Assembly (NCBI GenBank): GCA_013265495.1 | Contig: MU058252.1 | Coordinates: 902,244 to 966,243 of the forward strand | Direction: 5' to 3' | From: Vicugna vicugna | Taxonomy: Eukaryota | DNA length: 64,000 nt | Part shown: positions 1 to 11,780 of the stretch, piece after piece | Layout of the letters: every line of letters begins with the position of its first letter | Numbering within the stretch: position 1 is the stretch's first letter | Notes under the pieces: generated by a model | What the model saw: only the letters and a program-made list of their open reading frames with translations | Databases searched by the model: none | What the model was told of the DNA's origin: nothing | Program-made: the position numbers and the translations under genes

Positions 1-979
1 GCTCTGATTCTACTTCCAGCCGTGAAAACGCGACTCTGAACGTGCCTTAGCCAACTCAGCTGCCAACTAAGGAGAATGTCTGCGTTTAAGGGCAGAAAAC
101 ACAAGCTGTTTGGGTTACAAGTCTGCTGGGGTGCTTCATCTTGCCTCCCTTCTGTCCCTGATTCTACGTCTGGTTCTCAATCCAAGAAGTGGTGAGACCC
201 TGTCCGGGGAGCCCTGGACCCAGAAGAGAAGGGGGAGGCGGCTGGAAGACAATTCTGACCCCCGGCTCCACAGCCCTGCTCTGCCCGGACCCCCTAACGC
301 GCTGGGGGTGGTCGCAGCGCCGCCTGCAGACTCTGGCTGCCTCGCCGACTTCCATTCTCTTACCTCCTGGGACCTGCACAGCAAGGCTCTAACTCACACA
401 GACTAAGGGGCTGGAGCCATTGTCACGGGCAGATGGCAGATGCCCTTAAAAGCAGACATTAGACAGTGAAATGCCACCACATACCTTGCCTGCAAAGTAA
501 AAGCAAAACAGAAAGCGTTTCTTCTTCTTCCCTGCTACCTCCTACTCTGCTGTATCTTAGAGTGAAAGATGCCAAAGAAAATCAAGAAAGGAATTGACGA
601 TTCGAGGAAGATAGTGAACCCAGGCCATTGTGACCTTCAGGGGTTGGTTGTACTGGGGGAGCTGCATGGAGACAGCAGATGACCCACCAGAGAGTACAAA
701 CTGTCGGCGTGGGACAGTCGGGGAGGAGGGAGGGAGCGGACGTGTCCGTCACTAAGGACAGATGGCGAAGTGGCTGGAATGGAGCTGCAGGGGAACTACG
801 TGAACCCAACAGAACCCAAAGCCCTCCTGCCTCGACTTCTTGATGAATAACGCAAGTGGTAAGACCCAGAGAACTCCATCAGAAAACCCGTCACTTTAAG
901 GCTCTGCTTGGAGAGGCCCTGCTGGACTCAGTGGGGGAAACTCCACAACTGACCGCCTCCTAAAGGGAGGGGCTCTGTT

Positions 980-1180
980 GTCTACCGAGCACCTATTATG
1001 TGCCTGGAACTCAGCCTTGGTCAACTGGTTTCATCCAACCAGGTGGCTATTGTGTTATTTTTATCTCCATTTTTAGAAGAAAAATCAAGCTCAGAAAAAT
1101 GAAATAATTGGCCTGGGTCCCCAGCTGGTAAGGAGTAGGACACAGACCTCAACTCAAGTCCGACTCCCAAGTCCAGTGCC
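980..1180 (-). mobile_element. MIR SINE
   Basis: gagcacctattatgtgcctgg...tctccatttttagaagaaaaatcaagctcagaaaaatgaaataattggcctg resembles the reverse MIR core. Confidence 0.75.
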
Positions 1181-1519
1181 AAAGGGCTCGGGGTTAAAGA
1201 AGGAAACCTTGTGACTTGATTACATCCTTCTCACAACTGAAGATGTGGTCACTGAGGTAAGAGCTCTGCCATCTGTCATTAATCCCCTTTAGGACTTGAG
1301 GGTCTCAAGTCACGCTTATGGGAAGGAAGTTTGGTCCCCACCTGAAGGAGGTGGGGAAGCCAGAACCTCCGCAGCAAGTCACCCGCCCGAGGTCCTACCC
1401 TGGTTTCTGGCTGTCTTCACACCATCACACTATCACACCATGATGCGAGCCGAGATGCCAGTGCTCACGCCAGACATTGGCTGCAGGGTCTATATAGTGC
1501 GGCAGTGGGGACGGGGCAG

Positions 1520-1732
1520 GGGCAACTTTGGAGTCAGAGGGCCTGAGTTTGACCCTGGTTTGCCAAATACTGGCTATGCAATCTCCACAGATGATCAAGT
1601 TCACGGAGCCTCCATTTCCTCGTGTGTAAAACGAGGCAAACCTCTTAAGATTGTCATGAGAATTAAAATTACGAACATCCACGAAAACGCCAAACACGGT
1701 GCCGGGTGCCTCATGCACAGTCAATAAATATT
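1520..1732 (+). mobile_element. MIR SINE
   Basis: tttggagtcagagggcctgagtttgaccctgg...gagcctccatttcctcgtgtgtaaaa...gtcaataaatatt. Confidence 0.8.
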
Positions 1733-4088
1733 TCCCCAGATGTAAAGAGCTATGAGCAGTTTTAGAGGTGACAGGGAGACAACCCTTCTCAGACATGAAA
1801 ACCCCAACTGAGCTGAGGGAGTTATCAGTGGAATCAATGTACAGGAGCTAACGGAACACAACTTAATACAAAATAACACATAAAGCAAAAGGATAGGTGT
1901 TAACCTGTGTCAGCCCACAGGCGGGTGCCGGGATGCCAACGGGGTCTGCCAGGAGGGGATGGGCGTCTTGCCGGAGGAGAGCCTGGGATACTTTTAAAGG
2001 AAGAACAAGGTCTGTCGTTTGAAGGAGGGCAGTGAGGAGGTTGGGAAAATCCAAGAAGGATTCCATTAGTTAACACCTGAGCTGAAATGAGAACTCCCAA
2101 TTCGCACCTCCATTTCCAGGGATCCCCAGCTATTCAGCACCATTCCCTGCTGAGGTCAAGACCAGAGGGGTTACTCATCCTGGAACAGCCAGCACTTGGC
2201 ACACAGGAGTCAAGAGATCATTGCACTGAAGAGCTGACTTTAACACCAGCCTGGGGACCCGACCTGAAGAGGAGACCACAGCCTGGGATGAGGTCTCCCC
2301 ACCTTTTCTCAGCCCACCAGCCCCCTCCTCACCGCCCCACCCAACTCCTCAATAAAGACGGGCTGGGCCTCAGGACACCTGGCTTCTCTTCCCAGTTCAA
2401 CCCTTGGGAGCTTAGGTGTGGTGAGAAGATGAAGTACCTTTAATATCCTAGATTTTCAAGTGATCTTCCCTGAATGAATTTAACCTTTTAACTGAAGTCT
2501 CCTCTTCAATAGAAAGGAGTCACACCTGTCTCATAGGCCTAATATCAGGATTAAAAGAAAACCAAGGTCAGACAGAACACCCCACCTTAGATTTATGTAG
2601 CCCTTGGAAGTTTCCATGCCAACTGGGGAAGTTGTTGGAGACGTGAGAAGTCCTGGTCCTTAGAGGCCGTGTTACGATGCCTCCTGGGCCAGTGGAGGGA
2701 ACTGGGCTGTTTTCGGAGAGAGGAATCAGCCTGGCTGAGAGGTCTACGGAGCCCAAGCGAGCTGGTTCAGTCTCACTGCGGGGGTCCATCCCACTCCTAG
2801 GAAGTTTCATGAGCTGCCCCCACCCCCTCCCCTCTGCTCCTGCAGGTCTCCTCCCTGGCCACACCTAACAGCACCTCAAAGTCTCCCCTGTTTATGCTTT
2901 GGGGTCTCCCCTGCACTCAGACGGACGCCTCTGGAGGGAATCCTCCTGTCTGCCTCCCATCGCCCCCCAGGACCGGGGGGACCTGCTGAGCCCAGCCCCT
3001 CCATGCAGCCCTCTCCCAACTGCTCCAGACCACCCCATGGGCCTGCCTTTCATGACCTAGAATGCTTGACTCTCTACTGGCCCCGAGTCTTGAATCATCT
3101 CAGTCACTCTTCTTGCAGCTAGACTGCACATTCAGAAGCACAGAATCAATCTTCCTTCCTCTTTTATACCTCCCTCTTCGTCTCTCCCCGCCACCAGGAC
3201 TCAGTACCAGCAACCATGGACTCCAAGCCCAGGTTCTCTCCACATGTAACTAGAGCAGCGCCCAGCCCGCCGGTGCCAGCGGAGGCCAAGGCAAGGCCGC
3301 GCCGTCCCCGGATTGAGCCCTCCCCAGCCCGCAGCTCTACTTGTTGCTCTGCGAACGCGGTCAACAGTTAAGGCTTCTCGTTCTCAGCCTGCACCCTCCT
3401 CCTTCCCACAGAGAACAGACCAGCCTGAGCCCAGTCCTGGGTGAGGATGTCTCCATCCTCCCTTCTTTCCCTTCCTGTCTCCCTCGCCGCTCCCACTGCC
3501 CCCACTGCCCTCCTGCCTTCCGTTTCTTCAATGCATATTCCCCGTAAGTTAAAAGCAACAAGTCTGCTTTCTACGGCTCACCCTCCACTGGCAGGAGACC
3601 AGGTGGTCAAGAGCCTTCCAAGGGACAACGGGGCTGTGCCCAGGGACCCTCACATCATCCCCAGTCCTTTCCATTTGGGACAGATTCAATAAAGGATGAC
3701 TCAGGGAAGGGAGAGGAAAGACAGGGAATGTCGACTCTGCTAAGCTTTCAGCAAGGGAACTTTAAGGCGGGTGGGAGGGTTGGGGCGGGGGCCTGCACTC
3801 AGGCCAGCGGCAGGAGGAGGGACCGAACTCAGAGAAGGAACAGAGATGAATTCGCCCACACGCATACCTACCACCTTCACTAGCTATTCTCTAAATCATG
3901 GAGAAAAAGTTATGTAAGGAGAAAACACCCGGCTCCAAGGTGGGGAGGGAACATTGGTTCGGCCTGGAGGTGTTTAATTTAATAAGAGGCTTCTGCGGAA
4001 CAAAGCGAGAATTCAGCATCCGTCTTGCATGCAGAGCAGACGAAGCACCAACAGAGAAAAGCGCCACACGCCAGGGGACGGACCTCAC

Positions 4089-4630
4089 CGCGCATTCAGA
4101 AATGCAGCTCCGGAGGGAAGGTCTGCTTGCTCAGCCCCAGGTGGTCCTGGAGGTCTCCTCGGCCCAGGCGCTCGTCAGAAGTGCAGGGCTGGAGAGCGCT
4201 GGCTGACAAGACGAGTGATGGGGGAGACAGCGCCCCCGGCTCTGAGAAAATCCTGCAGCCTCACTCGCTGGAAAGATCCCCGAGACGGGGGTTCTCTGCC
4301 CCCCCCACCCCGCCAAGGTAATTTCTAGGGTTCAGCTGCTCTCCGGGCGGCTCCGCGGCGCGCCTGCAACAGATGGGCACCGGGCTGGGTGTGTTCCCGG
4401 TCCCCAGAGCAGCCCAGCAAGCGATGGCAGACAGCACGAGCTGGCAGGAGACAGCGCAGCCGGCAGTCTGCCGGCTGGAGCTGCTGTGCCGCGCACGCCA
4501 GACCCCCTCATTGACGGGACTGCAGCAAACTGTCATTACCTCTCGAGTCAGGGGCTGCGGGGGAGGCACCTCCTTACTACACCGGCAAGTGAGGGGGAGG
4601 GAGGGCCGAGTGAGGGCTTTTAAAAAGACA
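4089..4630 (-). promoter_or_regulatory. Candidate alternative PRKAG2 promoter and non-coding first exon
   Basis: Local CpG-rich, repeat-free patch. TATA-like CTTTTTAAAAG at 4627-4617 and donor GCG|GTGAGG at 4088-4083 lie on the gene strand. Human PRKAG2 is known to have an intron-1 promoter. Confidence 0.55.
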
Positions 4631-7600
4631 GGCAGCAGGACAAATGGAGGCAGGAGAGGCTGACGGTGCCGCAGTCCGTGGCATCTGAGCTCCAAGTCCT
4701 CGGCCAGCACAGCCCCCTGCACTGTCCCCGTCTCCCTTCAGGCAAAGGCCGGTTGGCTTCAGAGGAAAACAGCACGGTGGCTTCAGAAACCTGGACTCCC
4801 TGGGGGCCCCCGGCCTTGGGATAGAGAGAATGCCATTTTCCCTCTGGCAAGAATGATGCCTAAGGCCCTTCCAGAAGACTCTGCTAGTGAAATTCCCACT
4901 TGAAACCCCAGACCCCCAACCCCGACCAGACAGCCTGCAAACACCCGGAGGGAGACACAGTGCAGGTTAACAAGGACATTCAACATGGCCAAGTGGCTAG
5001 CTCTTTGTAAAATGTATTTTTTGGCCCTTTTTACTAACCATACCTTCTTTCCCGTAATTCTGATGCCCTGGTATCTGAGACCTTGCTGACCATAGAGAGA
5101 CTGCCCTCCCAGGGTTTGCAATCCCTGGGGACAGGACACTGCTCACCCAGGAGCACAGCTTTCACATGAAGACCAACGGATGCAGAGCCCACACCTCCCT
5201 CCCCTCTTCCCGGGGGCTCTCCCCCTCGGAACAGCCATGAGACCCCTGCACCCAGAGCCTGCTGAAATTCTTCAAACTCACCAACCTGTGCCTGTTCACC
5301 CTGCCTCACCTGTTTCCACAGAAACCCCAGTCCAGGCGCCTGCCCACAACTCCCCCAGCTCCTCCTGCCTCCTGACCTACCCTGTGCTTCCCTGTGTGGC
5401 CCTGCGTGGCATAGGAGCCTCCTGGTTCTGAGCACCACGAGTGTAATAAACTTCTCTGTGGCAGTCAGCATGGTGCTACCCGAAGCCCCCCCAGGTCCTC
5501 TAAGACCTCAACACGAGCGTTCTGGGACAGCAGTGCAGGCCCATGTCTCTGAACCTCAGTCTTCCCTCTGACAAAAGAGCCTGAATGAACACGCTGGCTC
5601 TGTGCATCTTCCAGCACTGCTGTGGGGATAATGGATGAGCAGGCAGTTGGATGAAAACAAGCATCTGCTGGGGATGTGAGGGATTATTCTGGAACCAGAG
5701 GGAAGTGCAAAGGGCTAGTGCCTTCTGGGGATGAGTGGAAGGCCGCCTGCAGCCAGCCCCCCAACCCCGCCCCGGGCACGCAGACGATGGGGCCACCGGA
5801 GACCCAGCCAATCACAATATTTTCTCCAGCTGGTTCTGGAACTAGCCTCGCTGGGTTAGCTGGGCCTGTTTTATTTTCTGTGTGCTTTATTCCAAAGCAT
5901 ACAAACAGGCTGGAGGCCAAAAGCCTACTTAGTTTTGCTTGGAATAGCTGGAAACGCCAGTGGGCTCTCCCATCCAAAGTGTTCCAAGGTTGGCTACACT
6001 TGGAGACAAGCCCCTGTGAATGACTTACGGGGTGTGAGTGACACTCTGCAGTTCTGACCACCGGCCACCCCAGGTCTCAGGCACCTGGTATTATTCATGA
6101 GAGATGGAGAAGCACACAGCATTCTGCTCCGGCTGGCAAGCGACCACCATGTGTCATCGTCTTCACCTGCATTTATTCTCGCTTCCAAAACCTCCACTGA
6201 GCCTGAGGTTCATGCTTCCTCTTCAGGCTCTGAGCTTTCCCATCTACTCCCCTTAGAGGGTGGAGCTCAGCGCTCCTGAAGGAGGGGCCCCAGTAGGTCA
6301 AAGATAATGGCAAAGACCATTGCTGGCCCCACCGCCGGTCTTGGGGAGACGCCTGCCTGTGGCATAACCCCCCCAATCACTCGCCCTCAATTAATTTTCC
6401 TAAACACTGCTTTCTGAACATCACTCTCAGCACCCTCACCATATCGAAAAAGACCAAGTAAAACCAAAATAAAACAAAACCCAAAACACAAGTGCCCTCC
6501 CACCTACAGAACAAAGCCAAATGTTGTACCAGGTGCACAAGAGCTGGGCCCACAGCCACCCAGCCTTCCAATCTCTCCGGCTTACGTTAAGCGGTTCCCC
6601 GAGTCCTCAAGGGCCCCACCACCCCCAACACGCTGAGCTGGCCTCTGCAGGTTACGACCCAGCCTTCTTCCTGGAACTGGTTTCTTGAGTGTATTCTGAG
6701 TGCTGGCATTTACATATGTTCTCTCAACTTGCACATGAGAGAAACAGGTAAATTCCCATCTATTTTGCTTGGAAGGAAATTGTAGTTCAGAGAGGCTGAG
6801 GCCCAAGGCGACAGACAAACCACCTGCGATGCCGGGACTCAGCCCCAGGCGCGTTTCCCTCCAGAGCCTGGCTGGTGTGTCCCCGCCGCTCTAGCAGGTG
6901 TGCGCCTCACCCCCTCTGACTGATTGATTTTTGTTTATTTGTATCTTCTGGTTTTTCTGTGGCACAGGCTTATTATTTTTGTAATTAAAAATAAGAGGAA
7001 GAGGCTCATGCTCTTGGTAGGAAATTCCCCTGTCAGGGGTCCAGCCCAAAGACAATCCGAACGGCACACAAAGCTTTCTGCACTAGGAGAGTCTCTGCAG
7101 CAATGGGAGGACCAGGGGCCATGCGAGGGTACAAGGAGGGGAGTCTGTCAACACGCTCACAGAGCCACACACGTGCTGGCAGGAAATGGCAGCGACAACT
7201 TCGAAGAATTCAAATGACATGGGAGACGTGGCGGGGAAACCATAAACCATGCACAGTATCACCCCACTGTGTAAGTGACACAGAAAACGAAACACACATC
7301 ACACACCAGTAAGACTGCCCCCACCGCGGCCCCGTGCGACAGACCGGGGTTAGATCCCTCACATTCTAGGAATTTAGCACAACTCCTTTGCCCAATTCCA
7401 TGCCATCCTCAGCCGGGAGCCCCAAACTCCAACGCTGTGCGCCAAACTCATCCCTGTGATGAGCCGCCGTTGCAGGAAGGCAGCCCCAGCCCTGAAAGCA
7501 CAGGGACCCCAGCCCCGCGTCCAGATCCACCACGGCGCCGGGCCCATGGGTCTCACCCCCAAGGACCTTGCAGACTGACAGCGGCTGCTAAGTAAAGCCT

Positions 7601-10092
7601 TTTTCCTCCCTCTTCGTAGGTGGCGATGCTGTCCCTGCACTCAAAGTCAGCCATCCTGGGGCTGCCGGTTCTGTGCACAGGAAAGCCAGAGGGTGGCAAG
7701 TGCAGGTGGTGAGACACTGAAACGAGAGGGGCCCCTGGGCCCAGGACCTGGCTCCTGGCTGCACTGGCTGTGCTTGTATTTCACTCGAAAACTGGGCAGC
7801 CCAGGAGAGGGGGCATGCATCAGCTTGGCCATCCACTGGCAATAGCACCTGAGAGGTACCGGGTCAAGCAGGGACGTGGGTGGTGTGGCAACTGACTTTG
7901 GAGTCCATTCCTACAAACAGCTTGAGGCCAATGCTCCTGCATCCTACGCAATATGTTGGGGCAGTCTGGTGGCTTCCAAAATATCACAGGTGGGAATCAG
8001 CCTCCGAAGAGGGCTACTTGGCACCTCGAACCTCCTTATTGAAATCTTTGGCAGAGGGCTTATTAATCAGCTCCAGAAATGTTAAAGCTCCTTTTCATTG
8101 GCAAAATGAGTGGTGTCAAGATAAGTGCTGGGTCAGGAGGACTGCATGGGCTGTCGCACCCTGGAAGAAAGCAACCAGAGAATCCAGCTGGCCCGGCAGC
8201 GTCCCCACTGCCACCCTGGAGGCTGGGCACCTTCTGCTCCTGCATCCTCCAGCTCACAGGACCTGATGCTGAGCTCTGTTGTTAGATCGGCCGGTCCTGC
8301 CCCCAAAATACCTCTGGGTTCTGCTCAGAGTGAAACTGCCAAGACTTCTTCTGAGCTACAAGAACAGGTGGTACCTGCTGCCCGAAATCATCTGTAGGGG
8401 CTTAGCAAACTCTGGCCGAGGATTTGCTTTCCTGATAACATGCCACCTGGTATTGAGGCTGTCGGGACCGGGGGAGGCAGGGAGACACACGGCCTTATCC
8501 ACCTCCAGTCCCGGAGGCCATGGGTATTTACCAGAGTACTCAGGTGTTTGCTAAGCAGCCAAACTGGCTAAGATTCCTTTGCCAGCAGGCCACACTGGAC
8601 ACCTCCATCCAGGTAGAACTGGCAGTCCTAGAACTCCTGGACTGCAAAGCCACTTGGAATCAGTGGGATCTCATGCCCGGATTTTAATGACGAGGCACCA
8701 ACCTCCGCGCCCGCATACCCCCTGCACAGAGTAACAGCTTCTCCTCCGTTTACAGCCACGTTCTGGACTCTCAAAAGTCTTAAGAGACTTCCTGTCTGAA
8801 GCCTCACATGTGGAGACTGCTCTCAGGCCACAACTCCCCTGAACGGTGAATGTGGAGCCAGGTCCTTGAGCCTCTTCCAAGGAAGCGCGCTGACCGCACG
8901 TGCATGTGTTTCTACATTTGTGTTTGGAGCCATCCCCTGCCGAATCACGGAGTTACGGCTGTCAAAGAACTAACACGGATATAAGCTCTAACTCACATGT
9001 GACCATTAGACAGTGACTTGCCCAAGGCCACATGGGCTGGAGCCACGTGCTCTTGACTTTGACCCCCTGCACATGACAAGGAAGAGCTCAGTCCTGCCTG
9101 CTGGAAAGCTGGCTGGGCTTGTTCACATGGCCCTGCAGTGGCTTCTCCCCTAACTGCAGTCCAAACCAGCCCAGGTGTGCAAGGGGCCGAGAACAGGGGG
9201 AGGAAGGGGCAGGATTTGCCATTCCTCCTGGCAGCCAAAAGATGACGCACACAACAGGAACACTGATGCCCGGGGAAGATAACACACGCACCCCTCGGGT
9301 TTGTCAAAGCCTCCACGGGCCTCTCCTCCTCGCAGGGTCCCCTCTGAGCCCGTCACCAGCCCCGCTGGTCACAAAGAATCCCCTCACCCCTCTGGCTTCC
9401 ATCCTGTTAGCTTTTGGGCCGCAGCCTGTAGCTCTGGCAGAGCACAATGCTTGTGAACACTGCAGTCTCATCCAGGAGAGAGCGCCTCAGACCCAGGAAG
9501 CGGGAGCCCCGTCATCTGGGAGGTAAGGATGCTTGCCCTCAGTAGGAGCGGTTTGGCACTTGGGAAGCCCCCATTTCCCCCTTTCACATTGCAGTTAAAC
9601 ACAACAGGATAGGCTCCTCCCTTCACACGGGCCCCCTCGGTCTGTCGGGCGTCTCCGCCGCCCACCGCGGCTCTTGCTTTCTCTCGGGGGTCCCTCTCCT
9701 AACAACAAATATCCCCGGGACCCCCAGCCACGTGCCAGCCTCACACGGGGTCCTGGGACGCAAGAGAAGTGGAAGACGAGACCCCTGACCTCGGGGACCT
9801 CAGTCCTGGCCGAGAGGAGAGTCGTGGAGGCAAGGAACAGGCAGGCAGAGCATCGGTGCAGTACTTGGTGTGATGTGGACCGCAACCCCCATAGTAGTTT
9901 CCAGAAGGAAGTGGCCACCTTGGAAGAAAGTCATAAAAAAAAAAAAAGAGCTTCATGAAAGGAGTAAGGTTGACAATGAGAGTCTGACAGATAAGAAGGA
10001 GCAAGTGGAAAAAAAAAGAGGCACGGGAGGGGCCTTGCATTTTGTAAGGCTCCCTAGTACGTGCTCCCCTTTTGGTCCCTGGACATGCTGCC

Positions 10093-10132
10093 AAGGCTCT
10101 GGAAGGCTCTAGAAGGCTCTGGAAGGCTCCAG
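10093..10132. repeat. 10-bp tandem repeat (AAGGCTCTGG-like) x4
   Basis: aaggctctgg aaggctctag aaggctctgg aaggctccag. Confidence 0.9.
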
Positions 10133-10727
10133 GCAACTAGGTCTTCCACTGAAGTGGGAAGCCAGGCTTGACTCATCCATAGCCGAGTGCTGACTGGCTG
10201 AGCCCGGCTAGGCTCAGGCAGGTGCTCCAGTTCTGAAAGTGTCTGACCTAAAACTGCCTCAAAGGCACCGCTGAACAGAAGGCTCTGGGCTGCCCAGGTG
10301 GTGGGAGGCCAGGCTGTTGCCTACCAGACACCAGGCTTCCCGATTTAATTGAAACCAACACAAGTCACACTGGGGCACAAAACAATTTTTGGCTCCAGGC
10401 TGCCCTAACAGTGGCCCCAAGCACGTCCTCTCTTTGACAAGCTGGATTCATCTTCCTGCACCTGCTGAGAAGGATGTCTTCCCTCGTCCTTTTAAACCGA
10501 TGCCGCTTTTGTATGGGCCCCCTCGGACCCCTGCCTGCAGACATCCCTACGAAAGATGCAAGAACTGGCAGGCTTGAGTGTCCAGATTTGTTGGCCACAA
10601 AGATTCCCCATCAATTAATTTTTCTGAAAAACTGAATAAACACTAAAACTTAGGCTGAAACTTATAAAACATTTAACAATTTGGAACGAAACCTCTTGGA
10701 AGGTGGCGTGCAGGTGCCCTTCCTCGC

Positions 10728-11097
10728 TGCTATGGGCTGAATTGTGCCTCCCCACCGAAGACGTTTTGGAGCCCTAACCCCCAGCCCTGCGGAATAGGCC
10801 CTTATTTGCAAATAGGGTCTTTACAGAAGTAATTAACTTAAAGTGAGGGCACGAGTGTGGGCCCTAATCCAATAAGGTGGTGTCCTTAGAAAGAGGAGAA
10901 TTTGGACACAGACACAGAGGGGGAGAAAGCCACCAGCCACAAGCCGGGAACTGAGGCCGGGAACGGACCCTCCCTAGCACAGCCCTGCCACACCTTGATT
11001 TCAGCCTTTTGACTCCAGAGCTGGGAGACAGTAAATGTCTGTTGTTTCAAGCCCCCCAGTTTGTGGTGCTTTGTTACAGTGGCCCCAGGAAACTCAC
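10728..11097 (+). mobile_element. MaLR solo LTR (MLT1A/B/C-like)
   Basis: Starts tgctatgggctgaattgtg, contains ttatttgcaaatagggtctttacaga and ggccctaatccaat, ends gtttgtggtgctttgttacagtggccccaggaaac. Confidence 0.88.
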
Positions 11098-11109
11098 CTG
11101 CTTGCTTTC

Positions 11110-11555
11110 ATTTTTTAACAGCTTGATGATAACAGAATTCACATACCATACAATTCACCTATTTAAAGCACATGCATTTAATTGATTTAAGTATTTCACA
11201 GACCTGTGTAACCATCAACACAATCGATTTTAACCGTGGCTTGGGGGGGGAGTTGGGGGAGGAAGGTAATTAGATTTATTTATGTATTTATTTATTTAAT
11301 GGGGGTGCTGGGGATTGAACCCAGGGCCTCATGCATGTTAAGCAAGGACTCTACTGCTGAGCTATACTGCCCCCCACTGTCAGGTTTAGAGCATTTCATC
11401 ACCCGCGTCTGTAAGCGGTCACTTCCCCTCCCCTCCCCTCCCCCAGCCCCCCATCCCCCCCAACCCGGCAACCACTGATCTACTCCCTGTATCTGTGGAC
11501 TCGTCTATTCTGAACATTTCTCATAAATGGAACCATTCACCATGTGGTCTTCTCA
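11110..11555 (-). mobile_element. Old L1 (L1MA/MB-like) 3' end, interrupted by a SINE
   Basis: aattcacataccatacaattcacctatttaaag...ggcaaccactgatctact...tattctgaacatttctcataaatggaac. Confidence 0.82.
11240..11376 (-). mobile_element. tRNA-derived camelid SINE (vic-1-like)
   Basis: gtaattagatttatttat...ggggattgaacccagggcctcatgcatgttaagcaaggactctactgctgagctata carries Pol III A and B boxes on the minus strand. Confidence 0.85.
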
Positions 11556-11629
11556 ACCGGAACAGAGCCTAGCTATTTAAACATGAGTCAGCACTACACG
11601 GGGAGGGGGGCGGGGCACCCACCTGTTCC

Positions 11630-11780
11630 CCACTCTCTGCTTCTGTGACCTTCAGTGAGTTACTTAACCTGCGGACCCAGCGTCCCTCCACCTGTAAAGG
11701 GACTCTGCAGCCTCAGGGCTGTGGGATGACTCAGTGACAACAGGCGTGCGGGCCTGGCACCCGGGCTATGTTAGCTGTGA
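11630..11780 (+). mobile_element. MIR fragment
   Basis: ctgtgaccttcagtgagttacttaacct...cctgtaaag...gcctggcac. Confidence 0.6.

Noticed and set aside
980..1732. Inverted MIR pair (also 32310-32920) as a dsRNA source
   Set aside because: The copies look too diverged for stable pairing, and the arrangement is common.
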